The notes under the pieces: model-generated | What the model was told of the DNA's origin: nothing | The model's input: the letters and a program-made list of their open reading frames with translations, nothing else | The model's database searches: none | Program-made: the position numbers and the translations under genes | DNA from: Gammaproteobacteria bacterium | GTDB taxonomy: Bacteria > Pseudomonadota > Gammaproteobacteria > Eutrophobiales > Eutrophobiaceae | Length of the DNA: 64,000 bases | Direction of reading: 5' to 3' | Assembly: GCA_965116495.1 (NCBI GenBank) | Contig: OZ220696.1 | Location: 3,936,001-4,000,000 of the forward strand | Shown: one piece after another, positions 28,503 through 38,675 of the stretch | Layout of the letters: each line of letters begins with the position of its first letter | Position numbering within the stretch: the first letter of the stretch is position 1

Positions 28503-28562
28503 GTTATGAGTCTTGAAAAACTGGATGTAGTCCATGCCGTAACCGTGTTGGCGCATCTCTGG

Positions 28563-30089
28563 TCAGTGTGTAACGCCTGCAACCCGCGTGGTGAATTCGC
28601 TGAAAGAAGCCGCAAGTATGTCCGCTTCGGACCAGTTATCCCGGTTAAATTCCCTGACGAGTTTCCGGTCCGATAATACAAGTATGCGATCGCTTACCAG
28701 CATGATCTCTTCAATCTCGCTTGATGTGAATAATATGGTTTTCCCCTTGTCCCGCAAATCATGGACGAGGTTGTAGATGGTGTTTTTCGCGCCCACGTCG
28801 ATCCCTCTCGTGGGTTCGTCAAACAGCAATATGTCCGCTTCGCAGTGCAGCCAGCGTGCGATAAGCACTTTCTGTTGATTCCCCCCGCTGAGCTGGTCTA
28901 TATCCTGGCCCAGACCCTGGCATTTAATGTCCAGCGCCCCGGCCAGTTCGTCGCCTGCTTGTTTTTCGCGGCTGTAATCCAGCAGGGTTAATGGTGTCAA
29001 TCCACGTGTAGCGCCCGGGATCATCATATTCGTCAGAATTGAGTGGCCTGAAAATAACCCCATGGACTGCCGGTCTTCACCCAGGTATGCCATCCCTGCC
29101 GTTATTGCCGTGGTCGGGTTCCTGATCCCTGTTTTTCCATGGGCAGTATGCCGAGTGATACTGCCTCCTGCCAGTGGAGTCAAGCCGAACAGTGCATTGA
29201 GTAATTCGCTGCGTCCGGAGCCGGACAGGCCGGAGATACCGATTACTTCCCCTGCGCGGCACGAAAAACTTATTTCATGGGGCAGACCTGCGCTGGTTAT
29301 GCGCTTGACTTCCAGGACAACCGGGCGGCTTGCTGCCGGCGCGGGTGACCTGCTGTTTTGCTGGTGGATATGGCCACTCATATATTCCATGAGCCGCGCC
29401 ACACTCAGAGTCTTTGCCGGCGCGCTCGTTATGATTCGTCCGTCCCTGAGCACCGTGACCGTATCGGATACTTCAAGCACGTCCCGCAACCGGTGGCTGA
29501 TGTATATTACCGATGTGCCTGAATTCGCCACGTCAGTAATGACCTTGTGCAGGTGGGCGGTCTGCGGCGCCGTGAGCGCAGCCGTCGGTTCATCCAGGAT
29601 CAACACCTTGCAATCCATGCAAAGCGCCTTGGCCAGTTCCACCAGTTGGCGTTCGGCAATGCCCAGTGTTTCCGTTCTTGTATCCGGACTGAGATGGTCA
29701 AGACCGACAACCCGGAGCAATGACCGTGCCTGTCGTTCAAGATCCTGTTTCAATATTACGGAACGGTATTGAGGTAATTTCCTCAGCGCGATGTTTTCCG
29801 CGACACTGAGCGTATCAACCAGGCTGAATTCCTGGGTGGCACAGGATATGCCGGCGTTGAACGCATCCCTGGGGCCGGCCGGTTCGTAATCTGTTTCATC
29901 AAGAACGATTTTGCCGCTGTCCTTGTGCAGAAAGCCTGCGAGAATACTGCCCAGGGTTGTTTTGCCGGCGCCGTTTTCGCCTACGACCGCGTGTATTTCG
30001 CCGCGTGCGATGGTCAGGGTGATACCGGTAAGAACGGGCGTTGAAAACGACTTGTTGAGGTTCGAAATACGTAAACGGGCAGATGCCAT
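28563..30089 (-). CDS. rbsA: Sugar ABC transporter ATP-binding protein (two NBDs)
   Basis: GENGAGKTT, LDEPT, LSGGNQQK, DEPTRGIDVGAK. Confidence 0.9.
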   Translation of the reverse strand: MASARLRISNLNKSFSTPVLTGITLTIARGEIHAVVGENGAGKTTLGSILAGFLHKDSGKIVLDETDYEPAGPRDAFNAGISCATQEFSLVDTLSVAENIALRKLPQYRSVILKQDLERQARSLLRVVGLDHLSPDTRTETLGIAERQLVELAKALCMDCKVLILDEPTAALTAPQTAHLHKVITDVANSGTSVIYISHRLRDVLEVSDTVTVLRDGRIITSAPAKTLSVARLMEYMSGHIHQQNSRSPAPAASRPVVLEVKRITSAGLPHEISFSCRAGEVIGISGLSGSGRSELLNALFGLTPLAGGSITRHTAHGKTGIRNPTTAITAGMAYLGEDRQSMGLFSGHSILTNMMIPGATRGLTPLTLLDYSREKQAGDELAGALDIKCQGLGQDIDQLSGGNQQKVLIARWLHCEADILLFDEPTRGIDVGAKNTIYNLVHDLRDKGKTILFTSSEIEEIMLVSDRILVLSDRKLVREFNRDNWSEADILAASFSEFTTRVAGVTH

Positions 30090-30096
30090 CTCCCGG

Positions 30097-31068
30097 TTAC
30101 TCTACGGAGACCCTGGTTACCAGGTCCAGGGGGGTAGTTTTATCTGCTATTGTCGAACCGGAAGATAATGCCTCAAGTGCATATTCGATGCCATACACGG
30201 CCAGTAAATCTGCATGCTGATCGATGGTTGCCAGTACTTCTTCTGCCCTGATGAGGTTATGGATTGCGGAAATATTGTCGAAACCGACTATTTTTATCCC
30301 GCCCTTCTTCCCGGCCTGGGCAACAGCCGCCGCGGCGCCCAGGGCCATGTTGTCGTTTGCGCACAGGATGGCCGCCAGGTCAGGATGTTGTACCAGCATG
30401 GCCGCCGTTACCGTCACCGCCAAGGTCTGGTCCCATTGGGCACTCTGTTGCGCCACGATATCCATTCCCGCATCGGTCATTGCCTTGCGCAACCCGGCCG
30501 TACGCCGTTGCGAGTTAAAAGCAGTAGGTACGCCTTCAAGTATGGCGACCTGGTCGCCGGCGTTCAGTTTTGACACAAGGTATTTGCCGACTGTCTCAGC
30601 GCCCTGGAAATTGTCCGGTCCGACAAACGGAATTTCAAGGTCATATTCGCTGAGTACCTTTTTTTCCAGCCGGTTGTCTATATTGATAATGGCAATCCCT
30701 GCGGAATGCGCTCTCGCCAGTGCGGGGACAACCGCCTTGGAGTCAGCCGGTGCGATCACAATGGCGTCCACCCTGGAGGCAATCATCTGGTCGATCAGGG
30801 CAACCTGCTGGGCGAGGTCAACCTCATTCTTTATGCCGTTGATGATCAGGTTGTAACGCTCTTGGTTCGCGGCCTGGTGTGCCTTTGCCCCTTCCGCCAT
30901 GGTGACGAAAAATTCATTTGCGAGGGATTTCATTACCAGCGCAATCACCGGGCGTTCCTTGTCCAGGCTGCCCTGGCCGGCACCCCGGCCTGTCCGTTCA
31001 GGGTCGCCGCAGGAAATGACGACCAATAAGCAAAGTGCCGCCGTTACGGCGCTCTTTGTGTGTTGCAT
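30097..31068 (-). CDS. Sugar ABC substrate-binding lipoprotein (RbsB/AlsB-like)
   Basis: Lipobox VISC, KSLANEFF, ANDNMALGA, VGFD. Confidence 0.88.
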   Translation of the reverse strand: MQHTKSAVTAALCLLVVISCGDPERTGRGAGQGSLDKERPVIALVMKSLANEFFVTMAEGAKAHQAANQERYNLIINGIKNEVDLAQQVALIDQMIASRVDAIVIAPADSKAVVPALARAHSAGIAIINIDNRLEKKVLSEYDLEIPFVGPDNFQGAETVGKYLVSKLNAGDQVAILEGVPTAFNSQRRTAGLRKAMTDAGMDIVAQQSAQWDQTLAVTVTAAMLVQHPDLAAILCANDNMALGAAAAVAQAGKKGGIKIVGFDNISAIHNLIRAEEVLATIDQHADLLAVYGIEYALEALSSGSTIADKTTPLDLVTRVSVE

Positions 31069-31345
31069 GATAAACCCGGGAAGCTGTCTGTACAGTTGGT
31101 TTGTTATATAGTCTGATCTTTCCGCCGGACCAGGTCCACAGCTGTTGAGGATAATCGATCATATCATGCTGCCTGCCGGTCGAACACAGCGGAAGGCATG
31201 TGACTTCTTGGCAGGCGCCTGAGGAATTCATGACATGGCCCCACTATGCTAAACTCCGGTCATCTGTCGTGTCCCGGGCAGCAGGCGGCATCCAGTTGAA
31301 CCGGCCGGCCGTGAATCTACCGCAAAACCAAAGTCAGACATCATT

Positions 31346-32317
31346 ATGAAACCCGGACGGGTAATAGTAGTCGGCGCTATAAATATCGATATGGTTATTA
31401 CCGCGCCGCATCTTCCCGCCCCGGGCGAGACAGTCGTCGGCGACGGGTTACAGGTGTTCGGGGGTGGTAAAGGGGCAAATGCTGCGGTGGCCGCCGCCCG
31501 CGCCGGCGCAGATGTAATGCTGGTTGGCGCAGTCGGCGCCGACGAGACCGGTAACCAGGCGCTCGCGTTATTGCAGAGTGACGGCGTTGATACCAGCGGG
31601 GTAGACGCGCTCACCGGCGAACCGACCGGCACGGCGTTAATCGTTGTTGATGAGCAGGGTGAAAATCAAATCGCGTTGGGTCCGGGTGCAAATCATGCGG
31701 TATCACCGGAACATGTACGCACCGTTTTAGCCGGTTTAATGCCCGTTGCCGATCTGGTACTGGTGAGTACGGAAATTCAATACGGCGCGGTAGCCGCAGC
31801 TATTTCCGCGGCGCAGACAGCAGGGGTGGCGTGTGTACTGAATCCTGCGCCGGTTGTTTCCGGGCTCATTGATTTATTGCCTTTGCGCCCTGTGCTTACG
31901 CCGAATGAAATTGAACTGGGTGAACTGGTTCATGACATTACCGGCTCTCCGGCAAAAGGCGAGGGTGATGAAGTGATTACGGAGAACCTCCGTATTTTAA
32001 CTGAGCATACCCATGCCCCGGTTGTCGCGACCCTGGGTAGCGCCGGCTGCGCCGCGCTGCTGCCGGGCGGAAAGATCAAACGCTTTTCCAACCCGCCATT
32101 GACGCATGTTGTCGATACGACCGGCGCAGGGGATACGTTTAACGGCGTGCTTGCGGCAGGTCTGGCTGCGGGTGATGACATAATGGACGCCATAAACACA
32201 GCCGTCATTGCGGCTTCATTATCGGTAGGGGCTGCCGGCGCACGGGCAGGCATGCCCGATGAAACGGAAATTTCCGCGGCAAAAGCAGAACTCCCGGCAG
32301 CTTTTGTCGTAACATAA
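31346..32317 (+). CDS. rbsK: Ribokinase / PfkB family kinase
   Basis: GGKGANAAVAAAR, LNPAP, TPNEIE, DTTGAGDTF. Confidence 0.85.
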   Translation: MKPGRVIVVGAINIDMVITAPHLPAPGETVVGDGLQVFGGGKGANAAVAAARAGADVMLVGAVGADETGNQALALLQSDGVDTSGVDALTGEPTGTALIVVDEQGENQIALGPGANHAVSPEHVRTVLAGLMPVADLVLVSTEIQYGAVAAAISAAQTAGVACVLNPAPVVSGLIDLLPLRPVLTPNEIELGELVHDITGSPAKGEGDEVITENLRILTEHTHAPVVATLGSAGCAALLPGGKIKRFSNPPLTHVVDTTGAGDTFNGVLAAGLAAGDDIMDAINTAVIAASLSVGAAGARAGMPDETEISAAKAELPAAFVVT

Positions 32318-32367
32318 GTCCGGATCACTGAAAGAGGCAGACAGCACAGGTTTAAAACGAGAATTTC

Positions 32368-33387
32368 ATGATGGATAAGGCAATGAAAGATGTTTTTCTT
32401 GATGAACTCAGGCTGTGTGAGGTTGGTCCGGGGCAAACTGTTGCCGTGTTATCCGAGGGGGACCTGTTACGCGACTACGCCGAATACTCCCTCAGTGCAG
32501 CCTCCGAGCTCGGCGCTCACGTCACAGATGCCAATCTGCAGGTCGAACGGGCCATGGACGCGAGTGAGCGAATTGCGAACGTCGGCAAAAACCCCCTCAG
32601 CGAGCATCCCGCGCTGCTCCAGCAATGCTGTGAGGCGGACATGGTGATCGACCATATGCTGCTGCTGTTCTCCCATGAGCAGGTTGCCATGCAGGAGGCA
32701 GGCGCGCGCGTGCTGATGGTAGTTGAACCGCCGGAAATCCTGCAGCGGCTGTTTCCGACACCGGCATTGCGCAAGCGGGTGGAAGCGGGCGAACGCCGGC
32801 TCAGTGGAGCCAGGCGCCTGCGTTTTACCAATGCGGCGGGCACCGATGTGACTTATAATCTCGACGGCAAACCGATACTGACCGAATACGGTTATACCTG
32901 CTCTCCCGGGCGCTGGGATCACTGGCCGGGGGGATTTCTTGCCACCGTAGCTGCTGATAAAGGCGTCAATGGCCGGGTGGTAATGGATTCGGACGACATC
33001 ATCTATCCACTCAAACGCTTCGTCACCTCACCGATCGAATTTGTGATCAGGGATGGCGCGGTCATCGAGATAAACGGCGGCCCGGATGCGGATCTGCTGA
33101 AGCATTTTATTGACGACTACCAGGATCCACGCGCCTATGCCATCTCGCATATCGGCTGGGGTCTCAACGCCGCCTGCAAGTGGGACGTTGATCTCCCGGG
33201 GATTGGTATGGACGGGCGCGCCTGTTATGGCAACGTGTTGTTTTCCATGGGGCCGGACACGGAGTTCGGGGGTGACAACGATACACCCTGCCACCTCGAT
33301 CTGCCCATGCAGAATTGTACCCTTCTGCTTGACGACGAGCTGATCGTGGACGAGGGCAAGGTCGTGCCCGCGGACATGCGCGTGTAG
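32368..33387 (+). CDS. nicX: 2,5-dihydroxypyridine 5,6-dioxygenase-like (NicX family)
   Basis: VEPPEIL, TEYGY..PGRWDHWP, ISHIGWGL, GNVLFSMGP, TPCHLD (His/His/Asp iron ligands). Confidence 0.75.
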   Translation: MMDKAMKDVFLDELRLCEVGPGQTVAVLSEGDLLRDYAEYSLSAASELGAHVTDANLQVERAMDASERIANVGKNPLSEHPALLQQCCEADMVIDHMLLLFSHEQVAMQEAGARVLMVVEPPEILQRLFPTPALRKRVEAGERRLSGARRLRFTNAAGTDVTYNLDGKPILTEYGYTCSPGRWDHWPGGFLATVAADKGVNGRVVMDSDDIIYPLKRFVTSPIEFVIRDGAVIEINGGPDADLLKHFIDDYQDPRAYAISHIGWGLNAACKWDVDLPGIGMDGRACYGNVLFSMGPDTEFGGDNDTPCHLDLPMQNCTLLLDDELIVDEGKVVPADMRV

Positions 33388-33528
33388 TGCGGCGTGTGAA
33401 TCTTTTCTCATACTGTAATAGACAATTATGACCGTCAACCAGACCTGTTCCCGGCAGATCTGAACAATTTCCTGATCGTTTCCGGAATCGGCAACCGCAC
33501 TGGGCCTCACCATTTATATTTAAAAGAC

Positions 33529-35328
33529 ATGTCCCAAACAATCAACCGCAGGGATCTTGATTTCCTGATATACGAAATGCTCGACGTGGAGAGCTTATGC
33601 GAGCGCGCGTATTTTGCCGGACAAGGGCGTGATGTTTTCGACCCCATGCTTGATCTTGCCGAGGACGTTGCCCGGGAACACTTTCAGGCCTGTGCCGAAG
33701 CCGGTGACAAGCATCCTGCCGAGGTAGTAGACGGCAAGGTCAGGATGATACCCGGGGCCGGGAAAGCGGCGGGCATCATGTTCGAAGCCGGCTTTGTCGC
33801 AGCCGGCATGGATGCAGAACACGGCGGCTTGCAGTTACCGTTCACGGTCGCCAGTGCCTGCATGGCTATTTTTCAGTCGGCTAACATAGGCCTGTCCGGC
33901 CTGCCGTTACTCACGGCCGGTGTCGCCAACCTGCTGATAGAATACGGGAACGACGCACAAAAGGCCTTGTATATTCCGCCGCTGCTGGACGGCCGCTTTT
34001 ACGGCACCATGTGCCTGTCGGAACCCCATGCGGGGTCATCCCTGACGGATATCCGTACCAGGGCCGAGTTGCTGGAAGACGGGACCTATGCGATTACCGG
34101 CAACAAGATGTGGATTACCGGCGGCGAACATGAACTGGGCGAGAACATCATCCACCTGGTACTAGCCAAGATCCCGGGCGGGCCGCCGGGCGTGAAGGGC
34201 ATCTCCCTGTTTATCGTGCCGCGCCACCGGGTTAATGCAGACGGCAGTGTGGCTGAACATAACGACGTTACCCTGGCCGGCTTGAACCACAAGATGGGGC
34301 AACGCATCACCCCGAATTGCGCGCTTAATTTCGGCGAGAACGGGCGCTGTGCCGGTTACCTGGTGGGCGAACCCCATCGTGGGCTGGAGTACATGTTCAT
34401 GATGATGAACGAAGCCCGCATCGGGGTAGGACTCTCTGCGGTGGGCGCAGGCTATGCAGGCTACCTGTATTCGCTGGAATATGCCCGGGAGCGCGCCCAG
34501 GGGCGCATACCGGACAATAAAGACCCTGCAAACAAGATGGTGCCGATCATCCGGCATACCGACGTGAAACGGATGCTGCTGGCGCAGAAGGCCTATGTTG
34601 AGGGCGGACTGGCCCTGTGCCTGTTAGCCGCAAGGCTGGTGGATGAGATGAAAACCCATCCGGACCGGTCGGCCCGGCAGGAAGCCGGTTTATTACTGGA
34701 TGTATTGACACCCGTTGTCAAGGCGTGGCCGTCCGACTGGTGCCTGGAGGCAAACAAGCATGCCATACAGATCCTGGGTGGTTACGGTTATACCCAGGAT
34801 TTTCCGGTGGAACGCCTGTACCGGGACAACCGCCTGAACATGATCCATGAAGGGACCAACGGCATCCACGGTATTGACCTCCTGGGCCGCAAGGTCATGA
34901 TGAAGAACGGCGCGGGATTCAGGTTGCTGGTGCGCGAGATACAAAAAGATGCCGACGGCACGGCGGCGCACCCGGCATTGTCCGAATTCGCCACAGCCCT
35001 GACTCGCGCCGTGGCAACTGTGACGGAGACGACGGAAGTCCTGGCCGCAACCGCGGCCAGGGGGGAGTTGAACCGGTTTCTGGCCAATTCATCTACATAC
35101 CTGGACATGCTCGGCCACGTTGTTATTGCCTGGATGTGGCTGAAACAGGCCGTGGCCGCCCAGGCGGGACTTGCGGATGCAAATGATGCCGACAGGCAGT
35201 TCTACCAGGGCAAGATGCAGGCCTGCCGTTATTTCTTCCGCTGGGAACTACCGAAAACGCAGGCGCAGTCCGAATTATTGTCCGGGTTGGATACGACCTG
35301 CCTGGATATGCCGGAAGAGGCGTTTTGA
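33529..35328 (+). CDS. Acyl-CoA dehydrogenase (about 600-aa type)
   Basis: GTMCLSEPHAGS, GISLFIVP, MMNEARIG, IQILGGYGY, IHEGTNGI. Confidence 0.93.
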   Translation: MSQTINRRDLDFLIYEMLDVESLCERAYFAGQGRDVFDPMLDLAEDVAREHFQACAEAGDKHPAEVVDGKVRMIPGAGKAAGIMFEAGFVAAGMDAEHGGLQLPFTVASACMAIFQSANIGLSGLPLLTAGVANLLIEYGNDAQKALYIPPLLDGRFYGTMCLSEPHAGSSLTDIRTRAELLEDGTYAITGNKMWITGGEHELGENIIHLVLAKIPGGPPGVKGISLFIVPRHRVNADGSVAEHNDVTLAGLNHKMGQRITPNCALNFGENGRCAGYLVGEPHRGLEYMFMMMNEARIGVGLSAVGAGYAGYLYSLEYARERAQGRIPDNKDPANKMVPIIRHTDVKRMLLAQKAYVEGGLALCLLAARLVDEMKTHPDRSARQEAGLLLDVLTPVVKAWPSDWCLEANKHAIQILGGYGYTQDFPVERLYRDNRLNMIHEGTNGIHGIDLLGRKVMMKNGAGFRLLVREIQKDADGTAAHPALSEFATALTRAVATVTETTEVLAATAARGELNRFLANSSTYLDMLGHVVIAWMWLKQAVAAQAGLADANDADRQFYQGKMQACRYFFRWELPKTQAQSELLSGLDTTCLDMPEEAF

Positions 35329-35342
35329 ATATATGATATATA

Positions 35343-35425
35343 GGGTCAGAGTAAAATTACTGATTTTCGGTGTTTGAAATTCAGGGGTCAGAGTAAGAAA
35401 TCCTAAGAATTTTTACTCTGACCCC
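35343..35425. repeat. REP-like cluster, family A
   Basis: Two direct GGGTCAGAGTAA copies and one inverted TTTTACTCTGACCCC. Confidence 0.75.
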
Positions 35426-35448
35426 ATATATTTATCGAGGAGATTCCG

Positions 35449-36663
35449 GTGGATTTTACCTATTCAGAAAAAGTACAGGCGTTGCAAGAACGGCTCAACG
35501 AATTTATGCAGACTCACGTCTATCCTGTGGAGGAGGCCTACCGGGACGCACTGGCAGGCGCCGGGAATCCCTGGACTACCCCGCCCATCCTGAAGGACTT
35601 GAAGCAAAAGGCGCGGGCGCAGGGGCTCTGGAACCTGTTCTATCCGAAGGCGCACTCTGGTGGAGATGCGCTGACCAACCTGGAATATGCCCCGCTGGCC
35701 GAGATCATGGGCCGGGTCACCTGGGCGGCTGAAGTGTTCAACTGCAACGCGCCGGACACCGGCAACATGGAAACCCTGATCCTGTACGGGACGGAGGAGC
35801 AGAAAGAACGCTGGCTGGAACCCCTGCTGGCCGGTGAGATACGCTCCGGTTTTGCCATGACCGAACCGGACATTGCCTCATCTGATGCCACCAATATCTC
35901 CTGTTCCATAACAAGAGAGGGCAACGGCTACGTCATAAACGGGCGCAAGTGGTTTACCACCGGTGGTATGCGCGACAACTGCGAGATCCTGATCGTCATG
36001 GGCAAGACCGACCCCGGCAACCCGGATCGCCACAAGCAGCAGTCGATGATCCTGGTGCCCAGGGATACACCGGGTGTGGAAATAGTCCGTCACGTGCACA
36101 GCTTCGGTTACAACGATGCGCCGTTCGGCGAGGCGGAAATCCGCTTCGACAACGTCAGGGTGCCGCTGGACAACATCCTGCTGGGAGAAGGGCGCGGTTT
36201 CGAAATCGCCCAGGGACGCCTCGGGCCGGGCCGCATCCACCATTGCATGCGCCTGGTCGGCTGCGCCCAGCGCGCCCTGGAACTGGCCTGCCGGCGGGTG
36301 GAAGCGCGCGCCACCTTCGGCAGGAAGATCAGCCAGCACCAGTCGGTGCGGGAAGATATCGCCAGGGCCTACTGTAAAATTGAGCAGGCGCGCCTGTTGA
36401 CCCTGCTGGCCGCGGACAGGATGGACAAACACGGTAACAAGGTCGCCCGCGACCTTATTGCGGCCATCAAGATCACCGCGCCGGTAATCGCCTGCGAGGT
36501 GATTGACGATGCGATACAGATGCACGGCGCCGCCGGTCTGACCGAGGACTTTTTCCTGGCGGAGGCCTATAACTATGCCAGGCAGATCCGCCTTGCCGAC
36601 GGTCCCGACCAGGTCCACATGATGTCCCTGGGCAAACAGATCATCCAGCGTTATTCAGCGTGA
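35449..36663 (+). CDS. Acyl-CoA dehydrogenase (ACAD10/11-like bacterial subgroup)
   Basis: FNCNAPDTGNME, MTEPDIASSDATNI, QGRLGPGRIHHCMR, RLADGPDQVH. Confidence 0.92.
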   Translation: MDFTYSEKVQALQERLNEFMQTHVYPVEEAYRDALAGAGNPWTTPPILKDLKQKARAQGLWNLFYPKAHSGGDALTNLEYAPLAEIMGRVTWAAEVFNCNAPDTGNMETLILYGTEEQKERWLEPLLAGEIRSGFAMTEPDIASSDATNISCSITREGNGYVINGRKWFTTGGMRDNCEILIVMGKTDPGNPDRHKQQSMILVPRDTPGVEIVRHVHSFGYNDAPFGEAEIRFDNVRVPLDNILLGEGRGFEIAQGRLGPGRIHHCMRLVGCAQRALELACRRVEARATFGRKISQHQSVREDIARAYCKIEQARLLTLLAADRMDKHGNKVARDLIAAIKITAPVIACEVIDDAIQMHGAAGLTEDFFLAEAYNYARQIRLADGPDQVHMMSLGKQIIQRYSA

Positions 36664-36777
36664 AGATAACACGCCGCCTGGCCTTGACCTTGACCTTGTT
36701 ATTTGAGCCACAGGACGCACAGGGCAAACTGTGTGATCTCTGTGACGTCTGTGGCTGAAATGACGGTCAGATAGATT

Positions 36778-37788
36778 ATGGAAACTTCCCACCTGGCAAA
36801 ACTGAACTTCTATCTTGAGGATCACGTGGACGGTTTCCGCGGGCTGGTCAAGGCGGAGAAGTTCCCGGGCGGGCAGTCGAACCCCACCTGGCTGCTCAGC
36901 GCCGGCAGCGGCCGCTATGTATTGCGCAGCAAACCTCCCGGGCAGTTGCTTAAATCGGCCCACGCAGTCGATCGCGAGTTCAGGGTGATCAAGGCACTGG
37001 CAGGGACCGGCGTACCGGTCGCCCGGGCCCTGCACCTGTGCGAGGATGAAGATGTCACCGGCGCCATGTTCTACGTGATGAGCTACGAGGAAGGGCGGGT
37101 TTTCTGGGACCCGGCGCTGCCGGATATCGGCCGGGAACAACGCGCCGGCTACCACCGTGAGCTGATGCGCGTCCTGGCAGCCATTCACGAAATAGATGTC
37201 GATGCTGTCGGACTGGCCGGCTACGGCCGTGCGGGCAATTACTACGAGCGCCAGATCAGCCGCTGGACAAAACAATATAAAGCGTCTGAAACCGGCAGGA
37301 TTGAGGCTATGGACACGCTGATGGACTGGTTACCTGCCAACCTGCCCGAAGATGACGGGAGGAGCGGCCTGATCCACGGCGATTTCCGCATCGATAATGT
37401 CATTTTTCATCCTGGTGAGGCCCGCGCCCTGGCCGTTATCGACTGGGAACTGTCCACCCTGGGGCATCCGTTATCGGACCTGGCTTACTATTGCATGTGT
37501 CTGCGGCTCCCCCCGCAGGGCGATGTGAGGGGTCTGGCCGGAAAAGACCGCGCGGCTTTGGGAGTCCCTGACGAGCAGGCGATTATCGAGCAGTACGGCG
37601 AATTCCGCCGCCTGCCGGCAATCGAGAACTGGCATTTCTACCTGGCGTTCAGCTATTTTCGTATGGCCGCTATCTGCCAGGGCGTGTATAAACGCGGTCT
37701 GGACGGCAACGCGTCCAGCGACAGGGCCCTGGAGATGGGCAGAATAGTAGAACCAATGGCTGCCGACGCAGTAGAACTTATTGCGTAA
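36778..37788 (+). CDS. APH-like phosphotransferase (ACAD10/11 kinase-domain-like)
   Basis: GGQSNPT, SAHAVDRE, HGDFRIDN, DWELSTLG. Confidence 0.9.
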   Translation: METSHLAKLNFYLEDHVDGFRGLVKAEKFPGGQSNPTWLLSAGSGRYVLRSKPPGQLLKSAHAVDREFRVIKALAGTGVPVARALHLCEDEDVTGAMFYVMSYEEGRVFWDPALPDIGREQRAGYHRELMRVLAAIHEIDVDAVGLAGYGRAGNYYERQISRWTKQYKASETGRIEAMDTLMDWLPANLPEDDGRSGLIHGDFRIDNVIFHPGEARALAVIDWELSTLGHPLSDLAYYCMCLRLPPQGDVRGLAGKDRAALGVPDEQAIIEQYGEFRRLPAIENWHFYLAFSYFRMAAICQGVYKRGLDGNASSDRALEMGRIVEPMAADAVELIA

Positions 37789-37825
37789 AGACTGGCATTA
37801 CAATAACACAAATAAACTGGTAGAC

Positions 37826-37837
37826 TAGACTGGTCTA
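37826..37837. promoter_or_regulatory. Putative TA autorepression operator
   Basis: TAGAC-TG-GTCTA inverted repeat just upstream of the antitoxin start. Confidence 0.45.
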
Positions 37838-37854
37838 AAATCAATGGTGAGATC

Positions 37855-38103
37855 ATGGCTATGGAAACTATCGGTGCTTTTGAAGCGAAGACACACCTGC
37901 CGCGGTTGTTGGAACGCGTGGCTCGCGGTGAGTCTTTAACCATTACAAAACATGGCAAACCGGTTGCGCATCTGGTCCCTGTAGATAGCAACCGCAAGCG
38001 GGCAAGGGAAGCAGCCGCGCGTATTATCGAACGCCGCCAGCACATTGCGCGAGTGTCATTGAAACAACTGCTGTCTACCGTTCATGAAGGACACCGTTAT
38101 TAA
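37855..38103 (+). CDS. Phd/YefM family antitoxin
   Basis: IGAFEAKTHLPRLLERVARGE..ITKHGKPVA. Confidence 0.92.
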   Translation: MAMETIGAFEAKTHLPRLLERVARGESLTITKHGKPVAHLVPVDSNRKRAREAAARIIERRQHIARVSLKQLLSTVHEGHRY

Positions 38104-38513
38104 TGCCCATCGTCATTGATAATTCTGTCTACCTGGCCTGGTGTATGAGTGATGAGGATGCCCCCTTGGCAGATAAGGCCATGTCACGCGTCATCGAAGA
38201 AGGCGGAGTTGTGCCGGGAATATGGTGGTATGAACTACGCAATGCCCTACTGATGAACGAACGCCGCGGGCGCATCTCCCGGCAACAGGTAGCAGATACG
38301 CTGGTCGATAGCCAGTCTCTCGGTATTTCAGTTGATGGTGGACACGATGAGACGCTGGTACTTGAACTTGCGCGGCAGTTTGAGTTAACCATCTACGATG
38401 CTGCGTATATTGAAGTGGCTCATCGACGTAGTATGCCTCTGGCTACACTTGATGTAAGGTTACGGCAAGCGGCAGAAACAGTCGGAATAGCCATTGTCGG
38501 CGCCCAGGAATGA
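38103..38513 (+). CDS. vapC: VapC (PIN domain) toxin
   Basis: VIDNSV, YELRNAL, LTIYDAAY, LATLD; TAATG coupling to the antitoxin. Confidence 0.9.
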   Translation: MPIVIDNSVYLAWCMSDEDAPLADKAMSRVIEEGGVVPGIWWYELRNALLMNERRGRISRQQVADTLVDSQSLGISVDGGHDETLVLELARQFELTIYDAAYIEVAHRRSMPLATLDVRLRQAAETVGIAIVGAQE

Positions 38514-38675
38514 GTGGTGATTCGCCTTCCTGAAATTTGCCGTTTCAATAAGATCGCCGCGTTAGCAAAATTTGGACCCCCCAGCATTACCCGGGAGATA
38601 AACACAGTTTGACAGTTCCGGGAATCTCAAGGTATCCCCCTGGTGTGAACCGCAAAAATCCGGAGATTATCAACC

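Noticed and set aside
28272-28556. 94-aa ORF as an independent gene in the ABC operon
   Set aside because: Explained as the native rbsC 5' end fused to MITE sequence.
36680-36760. CCTTGA tandem and degenerate CCACAG/CTGTGG repeat
   Set aside because: Short, degenerate and single occurrence; not a CRISPR array and not enough to call an element.
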